A DNA stretch of 64,000 nt from Desulfobacterales bacterium. GTDB taxonomy: Bacteria > Desulfobacterota > Desulfobacteria > Desulfobacterales > UBA5852. Of this stretch, positions 49,612 to 58,748 are shown in pieces. The first letter of the stretch is position 1. Each line of letters opens with the position of its first letter. The position numbers were made by a program, and so were the translations under genes. Below the pieces are notes generated by a model that saw only the letters and a program-made list of their open reading frames with translations, had not been told where the DNA came from and ran no database searches. The DNA is taken from NCBI GenBank assembly GCA_963674755.2, contig CAXXVS010000002.1, forward strand, positions 1,120,001-1,184,000. Direction: 5' to 3'.

Positions 49612-49869
49612 AGAAAAACCCCATGCTTAATTTACCGGCTTCTTAGCATGGGGTATTTATGGCTTTCCGCGATCAAACCGAAAAAAGTATGAAATACACT
49701 GAAAAAGGCATTGATGAGGTCTTGACAAGTATTCTAAGTAAGTTTCTTACTAATCAACATATATATTGCATATTTTAATACTATTATTTCTCGATTAATC
49801 GGTGTGCCATAAAATTTGATAATACTTTACATCGTGTTATATCCAACCTTAAAAGGATTTTCTTTAGAA

Positions 49870-50574
49870 TCAGGGACGAGGAATCGGTTCCCAGTTTTGG
49901 TTTCCCCCATGATAATGAAAATAGGCTAAATGCAAAGCATTATGTCTATCCTCAAGTGGGTTAATAGTGTTCCAATCATAAGGAACATCATTTAGTGAAA
50001 CACTATATAATCGAGAAGAGAGGCAATAATATCTCCCTATATCGCTTTGCTCAACTACATAGTTGAAATTAATGACAGCGCTACTAAATGCTTGCAATGA
50101 AATTGATTCCAACCCAATTACTTTAGAATCTTTTATGGAAACAATGCCGGCATTGTTCTGCCAGTCAAAATTCGTAAAATCAAATATTCTAAGTTCAATT
50201 GTTACGCAGGGTGCATCTAAATCGCCGCTGTTTCGAACTGTGCAAGATATTTTTCGAGTTTCTCCAACCGGTCCAATCATAACTGCGCCAAGAAACTCTT
50301 GAGATATGTCTGTAGAGTGAACAGGATGAGTACACCCAGCATAGCATATATCTCTTATATCCTTTGTAAATTCGATTGGTCGTATTCCTTCATCATGTGT
50401 ATGGGTTTTTACATGGAGAAATGAATTCCCGATAAACACACCTGGCTTTTTTTTCAAAGAATTTGGAATCCTTTTCGTTTCTCTATTTTGCGTTTCTTTT
50501 AATTTTAAAATTGTTTTATATGTTTTATTGAGCTTCGATTTGGGGTTGGTGATAATATCTTTAGTAATCGGCAT
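49870..50574 (-). CDS. Moron gene 2: hypothetical protein with CARDB/Ig-like domain
   Basis: AT-rich; RBS AAGGAG; D.G.RP, STDI, V.NSG, YCL.SR and DRH.A patterns. Confidence 0.65.
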   Translation of the reverse strand: MPITKDIITNPKSKLNKTYKTILKLKETQNRETKRIPNSLKKKPGVFIGNSFLHVKTHTHDEGIRPIEFTKDIRDICYAGCTHPVHSTDISQEFLGAVMIGPVGETRKISCTVRNSGDLDAPCVTIELRIFDFTNFDWQNNAGIVSIKDSKVIGLESISLQAFSSAVINFNYVVEQSDIGRYYCLSSRLYSVSLNDVPYDWNTINPLEDRHNALHLAYFHYHGGNQNWEPIPRP

Positions 50575-50587
50575 AACGGACTCCTTA

Positions 50588-52420
50588 TTATATAATATCT
50601 TCATTTACTGGGAGATTATCCAAATCAATCGCAGGGAAAAGATCACTATCTGTTTCTTTTAATTTCCAACATTTGTAACCTATCCCTCTATCGCCATCTA
50701 AATTAAAATTCGGTATGTTTTTTTCTTCCTCATACAACCTTTTTAAGAGAGTTACTGTAAAATCAGGTGCATTCCCAAAACCATACTTATCTAAACAACT
50801 ACCTAAAGGATCATTGGACGATGAATTATTCTGTACTCCGTATTCCTCTCTAAGGTCATCTTCCGTAATACTGTCCACGATGTCTAAAAGGTCCCCGTTT
50901 GATCTGAAATCTCCGTTGATATACCAATGGTAACTTTTACGAAAATAGGTAAAAGGACTAACTAACCTTGATCTAGTTTCAATATCATCGGAATTTGCTG
51001 GAAATAATAAATGACCAGCACCATTCAAATCTACACCAGCATTGAATAGTTTAGTATGCGGATATTTTTTACTGCTAGCAATATAGTATTCATTATGGTC
51101 TGGTTTGGTTGGATCAAGCATATGCTGTATAAACCCATTACTCAAATGACTATCCAGTGGATAGCCCAAACCATTCAGAGCAATTCCCAATCTGAAATGG
51201 GAATATGCAGTAAACAAATACTCATAGATCAATGATATATAAAATCGTAGAGGTGATAGGGCAATAGTTGTTATAGCTCCTGCAATAAAATCTGCTAAAG
51301 CTGCTGCTAACAACAACGGGCATAGAATCGCTGCGGCGATTGCGGTAAATATGCCTAATATTCCCCCACCGCCAGCATCAAAAGAGTCAGGTATAAGATC
51401 GGATATTCCATCTATATTTCTGACAAATGTATCAAACGCCTCTTGAAGTTCTTGAGTTAGAGAATATGGTTCTGGTTGAGGAAGAGTACCAGTAGATGTA
51501 GTTGCTTTAAACCATTTAAACCAATACCAATATGATTCTTCGATATGTTTTAATTCGATTTTTTCTGCGAACAATCCATTATAAATTGTGTTCATACCTT
51601 CTTTTATATACTTTTGTAGTTCTTCTGGAAGAATACCTTCCTTATGTCCTGTCCCGAAACTAAATTTTTTATACAAATTGCTTCGGACAAAGTCGCCATC
51701 ACAAAACAATTTGTAGGCAGCAACATCTTGAAAGGACTCAGCCACTTTATGACGTTGTGGTTGATATCGATATGGACCTCCAGCAACCATGTTTACAAAG
51801 GGATGCCCTACAACGTCGGAGGCAATATGTGTAAGATATCCCAATGCATACGCATGCAGATTATTCCCTGGTTCCGCTTTTTTCAGTAAGAACTCTGCAA
51901 ATTCCCCAGTTCTACGATAGTGTAATCTATCAAACCACCACCATTTTGTAGGGTTGTCACCATTCTGAATTGGATGTCCAAGCATTTGAAATAGGTTATG
52001 AGATTCGATAATATATAACTGGACTTTAGCTTCCACGGTAGAATGCAAAGCACCTACTAGTTGATGAATCTGATTAACTAAGTCGTTTATTTCGCTTGTT
52101 AATGATGATGCTCGTTCTATTCTATCCTTGGCTTCTCTAATTGGTTTGATAATTTTATCAATTTTTTCTTTAAATTCTTGTACAAATACAGATACATCTT
52201 TGTACGCAGTTGCTAAATTACTGATTGGCATCCCAGATGCTAATTCAATGTCTTTTGGATTAAAGAATAAAAAATCAGGCCCAAGTGTGCCAGCGTGCAT
52301 ATAATTCGAATAATCTTCCATTTCTTGTTTTATATGACTAATTAATATCCTATCAGACAATTTGGATAAGTACCGATTAACTTCCTTTGCAACAATATAA
52401 TGTATTGCAGGCCCTGACAT
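50588..52420 (-). CDS. Moron gene 1: zinc-dependent phospholipase C/nuclease P1-fold protein
   Basis: N-terminal SGPAIH, GPDFLF, LH, LGYLTHIASDVVGHPFV and RHKVAE Zn ligands; long hydrophobic segment; RBS GGAGG. Confidence 0.8.
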   Translation of the reverse strand: MSGPAIHYIVAKEVNRYLSKLSDRILISHIKQEMEDYSNYMHAGTLGPDFLFFNPKDIELASGMPISNLATAYKDVSVFVQEFKEKIDKIIKPIREAKDRIERASSLTSEINDLVNQIHQLVGALHSTVEAKVQLYIIESHNLFQMLGHPIQNGDNPTKWWWFDRLHYRRTGEFAEFLLKKAEPGNNLHAYALGYLTHIASDVVGHPFVNMVAGGPYRYQPQRHKVAESFQDVAAYKLFCDGDFVRSNLYKKFSFGTGHKEGILPEELQKYIKEGMNTIYNGLFAEKIELKHIEESYWYWFKWFKATTSTGTLPQPEPYSLTQELQEAFDTFVRNIDGISDLIPDSFDAGGGGILGIFTAIAAAILCPLLLAAALADFIAGAITTIALSPLRFYISLIYEYLFTAYSHFRLGIALNGLGYPLDSHLSNGFIQHMLDPTKPDHNEYYIASSKKYPHTKLFNAGVDLNGAGHLLFPANSDDIETRSRLVSPFTYFRKSYHWYINGDFRSNGDLLDIVDSITEDDLREEYGVQNNSSSNDPLGSCLDKYGFGNAPDFTVTLLKRLYEEEKNIPNFNLDGDRGIGYKCWKLKETDSDLFPAIDLDNLPVNEDII

Positions 52421-52865
52421 AATTACACCTCCATGAAAAGAGAAATACCGCGATTATATGGAAAACTATGGATACTTGAAGAAAAGAGAAAGTATAGTAA
52501 ATTGGGCTATATCAACGATTGAAAGTTCATAACCAGCAGTATGTACTTTCCTATTGATAAAGTAATCTGTTTGAATCCAAATCAAGGCAAGTGATGCTTA
52601 ATGTAGCGATTGATTCAAACAGAAATAAGCCAGAGAAAAATGTGCAGGAGAGTAGAAATTCAGAGTTTGCTCGAAAGCATGGTAGGAGCCGATTTAGAAT
52701 ATCGAATAGAATATTTGATAAGATTGTATCATTCCTTAATCGAATCTGTCAATAATTTGTATATATAGCAATGAAAAAGGTGGGTAATTAGTAATTTACT
52801 GATTTTCTACAAAGTATTGAATACTGAAGTCTTTGTTAAATAAAATAAATATGAATATTATATTA

Positions 52866-53138
52866 TCATAGATCTGTGTCCAAGTCAGCGTCGCGCTTGG
52901 CATTTGGAAGGTATTTCCTTTGCTGACGGATCATCCAATTCTGGAGTTCGAAGCCAAGCGCCCGCCATGGTCCGCGTCCGTCGCGCTTCCAAGCCGGAAG
53001 GCCCTCCCTTTTCACCAGTTCCGGGATCTTCTTTGCGTCTTCCTTGATGAATTCCGCGATCTCGCTCGCTCCCCGTAACATTTCAACCGGTGTCGGTGGG
53101 AATTTGATCGGGCGACCCTTCGTTTTCGGTACTGCCAT
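52866..53138 (-). CDS. Small HTH (excisionase/MerR-like) DNA-binding protein
   Basis: LRGASEIAEFI...LVKREGLPAWK...WRA...L..W; RBS GGGGG. Confidence 0.65.
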   Translation of the reverse strand: MAVPKTKGRPIKFPPTPVEMLRGASEIAEFIKEDAKKIPELVKREGLPAWKRDGRGPWRALGFELQNWMIRQQRKYLPNAKRDADLDTDL

Positions 53139-53148
53139 CGTTCCCCCT

Positions 53149-55029
53149 TTACCAGTTATGGACCCAATTCTTACGCCTTGCCGTAGGCTTCCGCCTGATC
53201 GTCGCCGGTCGTTTCGTTTCCTGGCGGATCGGATGTTCCTGTTTTTGGGCCGCCGCCATCTTGGCCGCGATTCTCCGCCGAATGATATCGTATTTAGGCG
53301 ACAGGATAACACGCGCGACATAGGCGTACACCCGGCAATCAAGCGCTTCGTTGCGGCCGCCCTTTTTCTTAAGGCGCCATTCATAATAGCGCTGCCCCTT
53401 GCTGTATTTCGTGACACGGTGTTCGGCCGTCAGCATTTCGAAATATTTATCCGGGTAATGGTCCGGGAAATGACAAAAGCCCGGCCCCGGCGTATCGTTT
53501 TGCAGCCGGGCATAAATCGTTTCCTTGGCGACGTCGGTTCCGATCGGGAAAAGCTTGACCCCTTTGACAAGGGACTTTTTGGACGGCTTGGACACAAGCG
53601 GCCCGCCGGGTGTCGAACGCCCCTTTACGGCATAGATCCGGCGCCCCTGGCGCGGTTTGACGAAGGTTTCGACCATATGGGAATGCGCGCCGTGGTCGAT
53701 GCAGGCGCAGGCGATCCGAAAGCGCGCCGGTCCCCTGGTGAACGTTCGCTTGAGCTGTTCGTCGAGCTGGTCCCATACGTCGGCGCGCTCCGTATCGCCA
53801 TGCAAAACGACATAATCGAGCGACCATGATTCATCGCCCATGCCCCAACCGACGATTTCGAGTTCGATCCGATCGTCCTGAATGTCGGCGCCAGATGTTA
53901 TAACCAAGACACCGTCGGGCGCCGTGCCTTCCGAAATAGCGTCTTTCCTTTTGTCGAATATTTCGATTGTTTCGACGCCTTTTCCCTTTTCTTCCCAATC
54001 TTCGCCAAGGTCGGTATTGGTCCATGTCTTCAATTTCTCCGTGTCGCCCGTGTTTTTGAAATATTGGTTCGCCTCCAGGAATCGCTTGGCGATCATTTCC
54101 CACTTGGCCCCTGGTGAAAACGAATAGGCCGCCCAAAGATGAAAGCCGGCATGGCCCATATATTCCCGCGTCGCCCGCCACTCGCCGGCGTCGACCATGG
54201 CCCGTTGCTGCTTCTGGGGTATCTTGCCGGCGCAATTTTCACATTCATAATAGATCCGGCTAAGGTTGTTTCTGTCCGGGAATTGGATCCTGGACCACTG
54301 CAAAACCTGGAAGTGGCCGCAAATCGGGCAAGGGACGAACCGAAACCGCCGGTCTGATTCCTCGAAGGAATCCGTTACGCGCGACATATCCTTCACCGTC
54401 GGCGTCGACCCGATAACGCTCAGGCGGTTCCAAAAGGTTTCGGTCCGCTTTTCCCCCAGGGTGATTTGATCGCCTTCCTGGCCGGCCGCCACGGGATAGC
54501 CGTTGACTTCGTCGAAATAGACGATGCGGACCGTCAGGCGCCGGAAGCCGCGCGCCGAATTGGCGCCGATAATGTTCAGCGTCCCGCCGGGGTAGCTCTT
54601 TTTCATGATCGTGTTGCCGGAATCGCGGGATTTCGCGTCGGCGACCAACCCGGTCAGGCATGGCGTGTCGCGGATCATGGGTTCGACTTCGTCGCGGGAG
54701 TAACCTTTGCCGTCCTCGATGGTCGGCTGAACCACCAGTTGCGAGCATGGGTCGTGCTCGATGTGGTAGGCGATCGCGCAGTTGATCATTTTGGTGTAGC
54801 CGACCCGCGCCGACTTTTTCCAGGTGACCTTGTGGTTGCGCAGGTCGGTTATGGCGTCCATGGGGCCGCGCTGATAGGAATAGGTCCGCCACTTGCCGGG
54901 CTCCGCCGCCGATTCCGGCGACAGATAGAACTTTTCATCGGCCCATTCCGAGAGATTCAGGTTCGGCGCCGGAATAATGACCCGCGAATGTTCAACGACA
55001 AAGTCACGCGCGTCCGCTACCTGGTACAA
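53149..55029 (-). CDS. Terminase large subunit (lambda gpA family)
   Basis: LSEWAD, KSARVGYTK (Walker A), YFDEV, GSTPT, VPCP.CG, GADIQDDR, NEALDC.VY. Confidence 0.95.
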   Translation of the reverse strand: MYQVADARDFVVEHSRVIIPAPNLNLSEWADEKFYLSPESAAEPGKWRTYSYQRGPMDAITDLRNHKVTWKKSARVGYTKMINCAIAYHIEHDPCSQLVVQPTIEDGKGYSRDEVEPMIRDTPCLTGLVADAKSRDSGNTIMKKSYPGGTLNIIGANSARGFRRLTVRIVYFDEVNGYPVAAGQEGDQITLGEKRTETFWNRLSVIGSTPTVKDMSRVTDSFEESDRRFRFVPCPICGHFQVLQWSRIQFPDRNNLSRIYYECENCAGKIPQKQQRAMVDAGEWRATREYMGHAGFHLWAAYSFSPGAKWEMIAKRFLEANQYFKNTGDTEKLKTWTNTDLGEDWEEKGKGVETIEIFDKRKDAISEGTAPDGVLVITSGADIQDDRIELEIVGWGMGDESWSLDYVVLHGDTERADVWDQLDEQLKRTFTRGPARFRIACACIDHGAHSHMVETFVKPRQGRRIYAVKGRSTPGGPLVSKPSKKSLVKGVKLFPIGTDVAKETIYARLQNDTPGPGFCHFPDHYPDKYFEMLTAEHRVTKYSKGQRYYEWRLKKKGGRNEALDCRVYAYVARVILSPKYDIIRRRIAAKMAAAQKQEHPIRQETKRPATIRRKPTARRKNWVHNW

Positions 55030-55496
55030 TCCTCGACCCCCTTCGCCATATCGATCAAGGTTTCGTCTATGATCGCCTTCGCTTCGATAAACAGCCGCCG
55101 GCGTTCATCCGAATCGTCCACCATGGCCGACAGTCGCGATGGAAGCCCGGACAATTTTGTTTTAAAGCTCACCAGAAGCGTTGACAGTTCCCGGCCGACC
55201 TCGGCCGCCTCCAAAAGTTCACCGCGCCGCCTGGCGTTTTCAAGCTCCAATTTGTCGGCGCGCTCCTTTTCCGCCCGGGCGCGCTCTTTTTCGAAATCAA
55301 TATCGCGTTCAAACCCGTTTTCAGCAAAAGGCACATTACAATAAATTGCTTCAAGGGCTTTTACAGAATCCCAGCTATATGACTTGCCTTTTTCTCCTGA
55401 TTCAGCGGGCTTTAATCTCGCAGATTCAAGACGGGCGCGGATTACCCGATATGTCTTCCCGGTCAGACGACTTAATTCCGAATAGCTGACATCCAT
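55017..55496 (-). CDS. Terminase small subunit (Nu1-like)
   Basis: N-terminal wHTH; ERAR..KERADKLELEN..RRGEL coiled coil; LPSRL. Confidence 0.88.
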   Translation of the reverse strand: MDVSYSELSRLTGKTYRVIRARLESARLKPAESGEKGKSYSWDSVKALEAIYCNVPFAENGFERDIDFEKERARAEKERADKLELENARRRGELLEAAEVGRELSTLLVSFKTKLSGLPSRLSAMVDDSDERRRLFIEAKAIIDETLIDMAKGVEDCTR

Positions 55497-55562
55497 AAAA
55501 TTTCCCGAAAAGTTTTACTAGGGGTTGTGTTGCCTTGAAAAACCCCTGCGACTAATTTTTCA

Positions 55563-55610
55563 CCGCGCTCTCCGCGTTACCCTCGGTGGAGCGTTCCAGA
55601 AGGACCCGTA
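55563..55610 (-). other. Putative cos region (cosQ-like GGGTCCT + cosN-like segment)
   Basis: Minus strand TACGGGTCCTT...GGTAACG...CGCGG upstream of the small terminase, resembling the lambda cosQ/cosN layout. Confidence 0.65.
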
Positions 55611-55855
55611 TCTTTTAATTTTGGTTATATTTCAGCATGTTATAGACATCGTTCGATAGCCCCCCTTCCCCGGGCAATTTTTCTTAACTTTTACTCATCA
55701 TCTGAGGCGCCATATTAGACGCCAAGCAAAACGAATGCGGAACCATAGCCCCCCTTCATAAAGTGTATTGAGGATGGCCTCGCTTTGTTTCCGGCGGCCT
55801 TTCGCGACTTCCTTCCGAATCTTTTTTACGAGTCTCTTTTTCAAAGTCCCCCCTT

Positions 55856-56449
55856 TTACCGTCTCGCCGTATCGAGCGCCTTCGACAGTGACCGCGCAAA
55901 GTTGCGCTTAAACCTGGCGCGAACCGTCTTGACGGCCGTCCGCTTGAATCCGAAGCGCGGCGATATGTGCGCGGTCTTTGTCCGGATGAACAGCAATTCA
56001 ACGACCTGCTTGCGCTTCGGTCCCTTGCGCCGGTAGATGCCTGTCTTCGTTGAAAATGTTTTGCGCTGCTTGAGCATGACCGCCGCACCGCCTGATTTGC
56101 GCCGGGACTTGGGGACTTTGGACGTGGGGACCAGAAGGTTTTTAGATTTCATAGGCCGCTTGGTTCCGCCTTCCTCCTGCAATCGGGCGAAGGGGGCTTC
56201 GGTATAGACCCGCGCCGATAAACTTGTTTTCTTCGCCGGGCGGATCTTGATCCCGGTCGGTTGCTGTTTGAGCCACCATTTCTTTGTCACGTTGAAGACG
56301 TGCGGAATGTGTTTGATGATCGCCTTTTGAACGTCTTGCGCTGTCCAGGTCAAAGCCCGCGCCGTCGCGAAGGGCACTTGTTTCTTCTGGATCTTCGTCA
56401 ATCCGCGCGTGAATTCCCTGACGTTTGATCGAACGCTGATTTTCAGCAT
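55856..56449 (-). CDS. Phage morphogenesis/tail-completion-like basic protein
   Basis: KQVPFATARALT.TA..., QEEGG.K; very basic; precedes cos. Confidence 0.65.
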   Translation of the reverse strand: MLKISVRSNVREFTRGLTKIQKKQVPFATARALTWTAQDVQKAIIKHIPHVFNVTKKWWLKQQPTGIKIRPAKKTSLSARVYTEAPFARLQEEGGTKRPMKSKNLLVPTSKVPKSRRKSGGAAVMLKQRKTFSTKTGIYRRKGPKRKQVVELLFIRTKTAHISPRFGFKRTAVKTVRARFKRNFARSLSKALDTARR

Positions 56450-56470
56450 CGTTCCCCGCTTCCTTGGCCT

Positions 56471-56503
56471 TTTTTTGATCCGTTAATATTACGTTATCAG
56501 GAT
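56471..56503. repeat. Putative recombination site A (direct repeat with 58349-58381)
   Basis: TTTTTTGATCCGTTAATATTACGTTATCAGGAT; 30/33 identical to site B; imperfect palindrome. Confidence 0.75.
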
Positions 56504-56592
56504 TAAAAACCCTTAGCCGTATTGGCTTTGCGCGCTAACCATGTCAGGACAATTTTGTTCATCGAACCTTTTTCATCCATTCGGGTTTCCCC

Positions 56593-56742
56593 TTAAAGAA
56601 CGCCTTCCATTTCGGCCGCTCGCGCCGCCGCATCCTCGCTGCATTGCAATTCGAAAAGGCAGTCGTCACAAATGCAATATCCGGCTTCCGCTTCGCTAAC
56701 GTTCTCGTCCGTTCCGCATCGATAACAGCATTTATCTTCCAT
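56593..56742 (-). CDS. Small Cys-rich (zinc-finger-like) protein, 49 aa
   Basis: Hand translation MEDKCCYRCGTDENVSEAEAGYCICDDCLFELQ...; overlaps the upstream stop; below the ORF-track cutoff. Confidence 0.55.
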   Translation of the reverse strand: MEDKCCYRCGTDENVSEAEAGYCICDDCLFELQCSEDAAARAAEMEGVL

Positions 56743-56959
56743 TGGCTTCCCTTCGCTGAATAGCGGATCCGCCGGCCATGACGATTACTGACAAGCGTTC
56801 GTCATCCGATTCGACCTTGACGATCCTGATGTTCCCGCCGGTAACCGCATTGCCGGCGATCACCAGCGCCGCGCTGAATTTGTCTACGGCAAACATAGAG
56901 CCCGGTTGATTCCGGGTGAATTCGTCAACGGTTTCGAAATACGATAGTTGGTATTCCAT
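56732..56959 (-). CDS. Hypothetical phage protein
   Basis: 75-aa ORF coupled to the ParB-like gene. Confidence 0.5.
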   Translation of the reverse strand: MEYQLSYFETVDEFTRNQPGSMFAVDKFSAALVIAGNAVTGGNIRIVKVESDDERLSVIVMAGGSAIQRREANGR

Positions 56960-56962
56960 GGC

Positions 56963-57937
56963 TTAGCCTTCGCTGAGGACGGCCCGCTCCCGGACCACGT
57001 TTTGTCTATGTTCCTTCGCCGCTGCTTCGTAGCAAGGCCCGCAAAGGTCCGGCTTGTCGACCTTTTCGCCGCATTCCGGGCAGCAATAACGCCCGTCTTC
57101 GTCGGGTTCCTGTTCCCAAAGCGGTTTCTGGTTCGGTTTCACCGGGTTGATAGTGATCCGGATGGACTCGGCATCAAAGCCGGCATGGTGAATCGCGGTT
57201 AAGATCTCAGGGTCCGAAAGGACTTTTCGCAACGGTTCACAAGAGGCGCCCTTGAATCCGGTTTCGCGCAAATCGCCCTTTTTGAATGACAAAACCAATT
57301 TCCGCGCCTTCGGCTTCGCCCGGGCCTTGGTCAATTCCTGTTTTTGGTTGTCGATCTTGCCGTCGGATTCTTTGGCGATCTTCTGCGCCTGGCCGATGGT
57401 GATGTCGCCGGCGTCCACGGCCGCCTTGACCTCCGGCGAAGCATCGGCCAGCGCCAAGCGGTTGCGGACATGGCTGACCGACTTGCCGGACCGGGCCGCG
57501 ATCACCCTGACATCGATGCCCCAGTTCGCCAGGCGACGGAAGGCGGCCGCTTCCTCGGTCGCCGTGAAGGCCTTGCCGCCGTTGGATGCGATCGCTGTAA
57601 AGAAAAGCTCCGCTTCGCCGGCCCCGCGCCGGGCCACGATGACCGGGACGGACTGGAGCTCGGCGCCCTCGCTGATCGCCCGCAGGGCCGCCCGCAGCCG
57701 GCGTTCACCGTCCACCAGCTCCAGGCGCTTATCCAGGGTTTTGCGGACCAGCAGCGGCGGGAGCGTCCCGCCCGCCTTGATGAATTCGACCAGGTCTTCT
57801 TCGCCGTCGAAATCCCTTCGCGGGTTCCAGCCCTCGACGATTTCGATATGGTCCGGGGCGATATGGAAAACGTCGGACCGGCGGACCACTTCACAGACAT
57901 CGCCTAAAACGTGTTTGGGGATCTTATTGGCGGTCAT
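56963..57937 (-). CDS. ParB/Srx-domain protein with HTH and C-terminal Cys4 ribbon
   Basis: WNPR, LPPLLV, LVDGERRLRAA, HTH IAARSGKSVSHVRNRL.L, CPEC...CGPC. Confidence 0.88.
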   Translation of the reverse strand: MTANKIPKHVLGDVCEVVRRSDVFHIAPDHIEIVEGWNPRRDFDGEEDLVEFIKAGGTLPPLLVRKTLDKRLELVDGERRLRAALRAISEGAELQSVPVIVARRGAGEAELFFTAIASNGGKAFTATEEAAAFRRLANWGIDVRVIAARSGKSVSHVRNRLALADASPEVKAAVDAGDITIGQAQKIAKESDGKIDNQKQELTKARAKPKARKLVLSFKKGDLRETGFKGASCEPLRKVLSDPEILTAIHHAGFDAESIRITINPVKPNQKPLWEQEPDEDGRYCCPECGEKVDKPDLCGPCYEAAAKEHRQNVVRERAVLSEG

Positions 57938-58328
57938 GGCTATGAGGCCCTTCCTTGGCCGTCGATGAAAACTTCCCGACGGGGATTTCGGCATTGATTC
58001 TGCCTGATTCGGCCCTGACGACGATTTTTCCGACAAAGAAGTCGATCCATTTGTCGCCGTAGGCAACGCGGATATCGCCGCACTCGGCCGCGAGGCGCGG
58101 CGCCTGATACGGCCGCTCGAATATCATGACCTGGTTGTCGGATGGCATGGGCGCCGTCGCGGCAATCGTTTCGATGGCCGCCTTGCCGGTTTCCCAGATC
58201 TGACGGGCCTCTTGGGCGCTGATGGGCTCCGCGCTGATGTCATCGATGAATTGTTCCCATTCGACATCTTCGGGCCGGTTCCCCGGGATGTCGGATTCGC
58301 TGACGCCTGGTGGTAGGTTTGACAGCAT
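57924..58328 (-). CDS. Hypothetical phage protein
   Basis: MLSNLPPGVSESDIPGNRPED start; RBS GGGGG. Confidence 0.6.
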   Translation of the reverse strand: MLSNLPPGVSESDIPGNRPEDVEWEQFIDDISAEPISAQEARQIWETGKAAIETIAATAPMPSDNQVMIFERPYQAPRLAAECGDIRVAYGDKWIDFFVGKIVVRAESGRINAEIPVGKFSSTAKEGPHSHDRQ

Positions 58329-58348
58329 GATGACCCCCTTTTTGCCTG

Positions 58349-58381
58349 TTTTTTGCTCTGTTAATATTAAGTTATCAGGAT
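58349..58381. repeat. Putative recombination site B (direct repeat with 56471-56503)
   Basis: TTTTTTGCTCTGTTAATATTAAGTTATCAGGAT; 1878 bp from site A. Confidence 0.75.
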
Positions 58382-58734
58382 CGGAAATCCGCATCCGCCA
58401 AGGGTTTGCGGCCGCTGCATCCCTGGAGGAATTTCCAGCGTTCAGGAGTTTTTCCGATGGCGCATTCGATCACCCGCGCGCCGTAGGTCGTGCCGGAAAA
58501 CAGCTCGTTTTGATCCCAAACCGCGCGGTCAAAGCGCGCCGATGTCTTGAAGGCGGCCTCGATCAGGGCCGCATCCCCGTTGAACAGCTTGGCGAAGTGC
58601 CGGCAAAGGGAAACGTCTCCCTGCTCGGCTTCCTCCCGCCGTTGGGTTTCGTTGTGATAGAGCCGCCGGAAAAGCGCGGTCCCCCGCTCCCGGAAAGAAT
58701 CCTCGATCAGTCGGATCATTCGCTTTTGGTCCAT
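58375..58734 (-). CDS. Stand-alone primase-polymerase helix-bundle-like domain protein
   Basis: D.SLC..FA....GD...I...F..S....R..WD......TYG...I..AI pattern of NrS-1-type primpol helical domains. Confidence 0.6.
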   Translation of the reverse strand: MDQKRMIRLIEDSFRERGTALFRRLYHNETQRREEAEQGDVSLCRHFAKLFNGDAALIEAAFKTSARFDRAVWDQNELFSGTTYGARVIECAIGKTPERWKFLQGCSGRKPLADADFRS

Positions 58735-58748
58735 GGTCCCCTCCCCTT

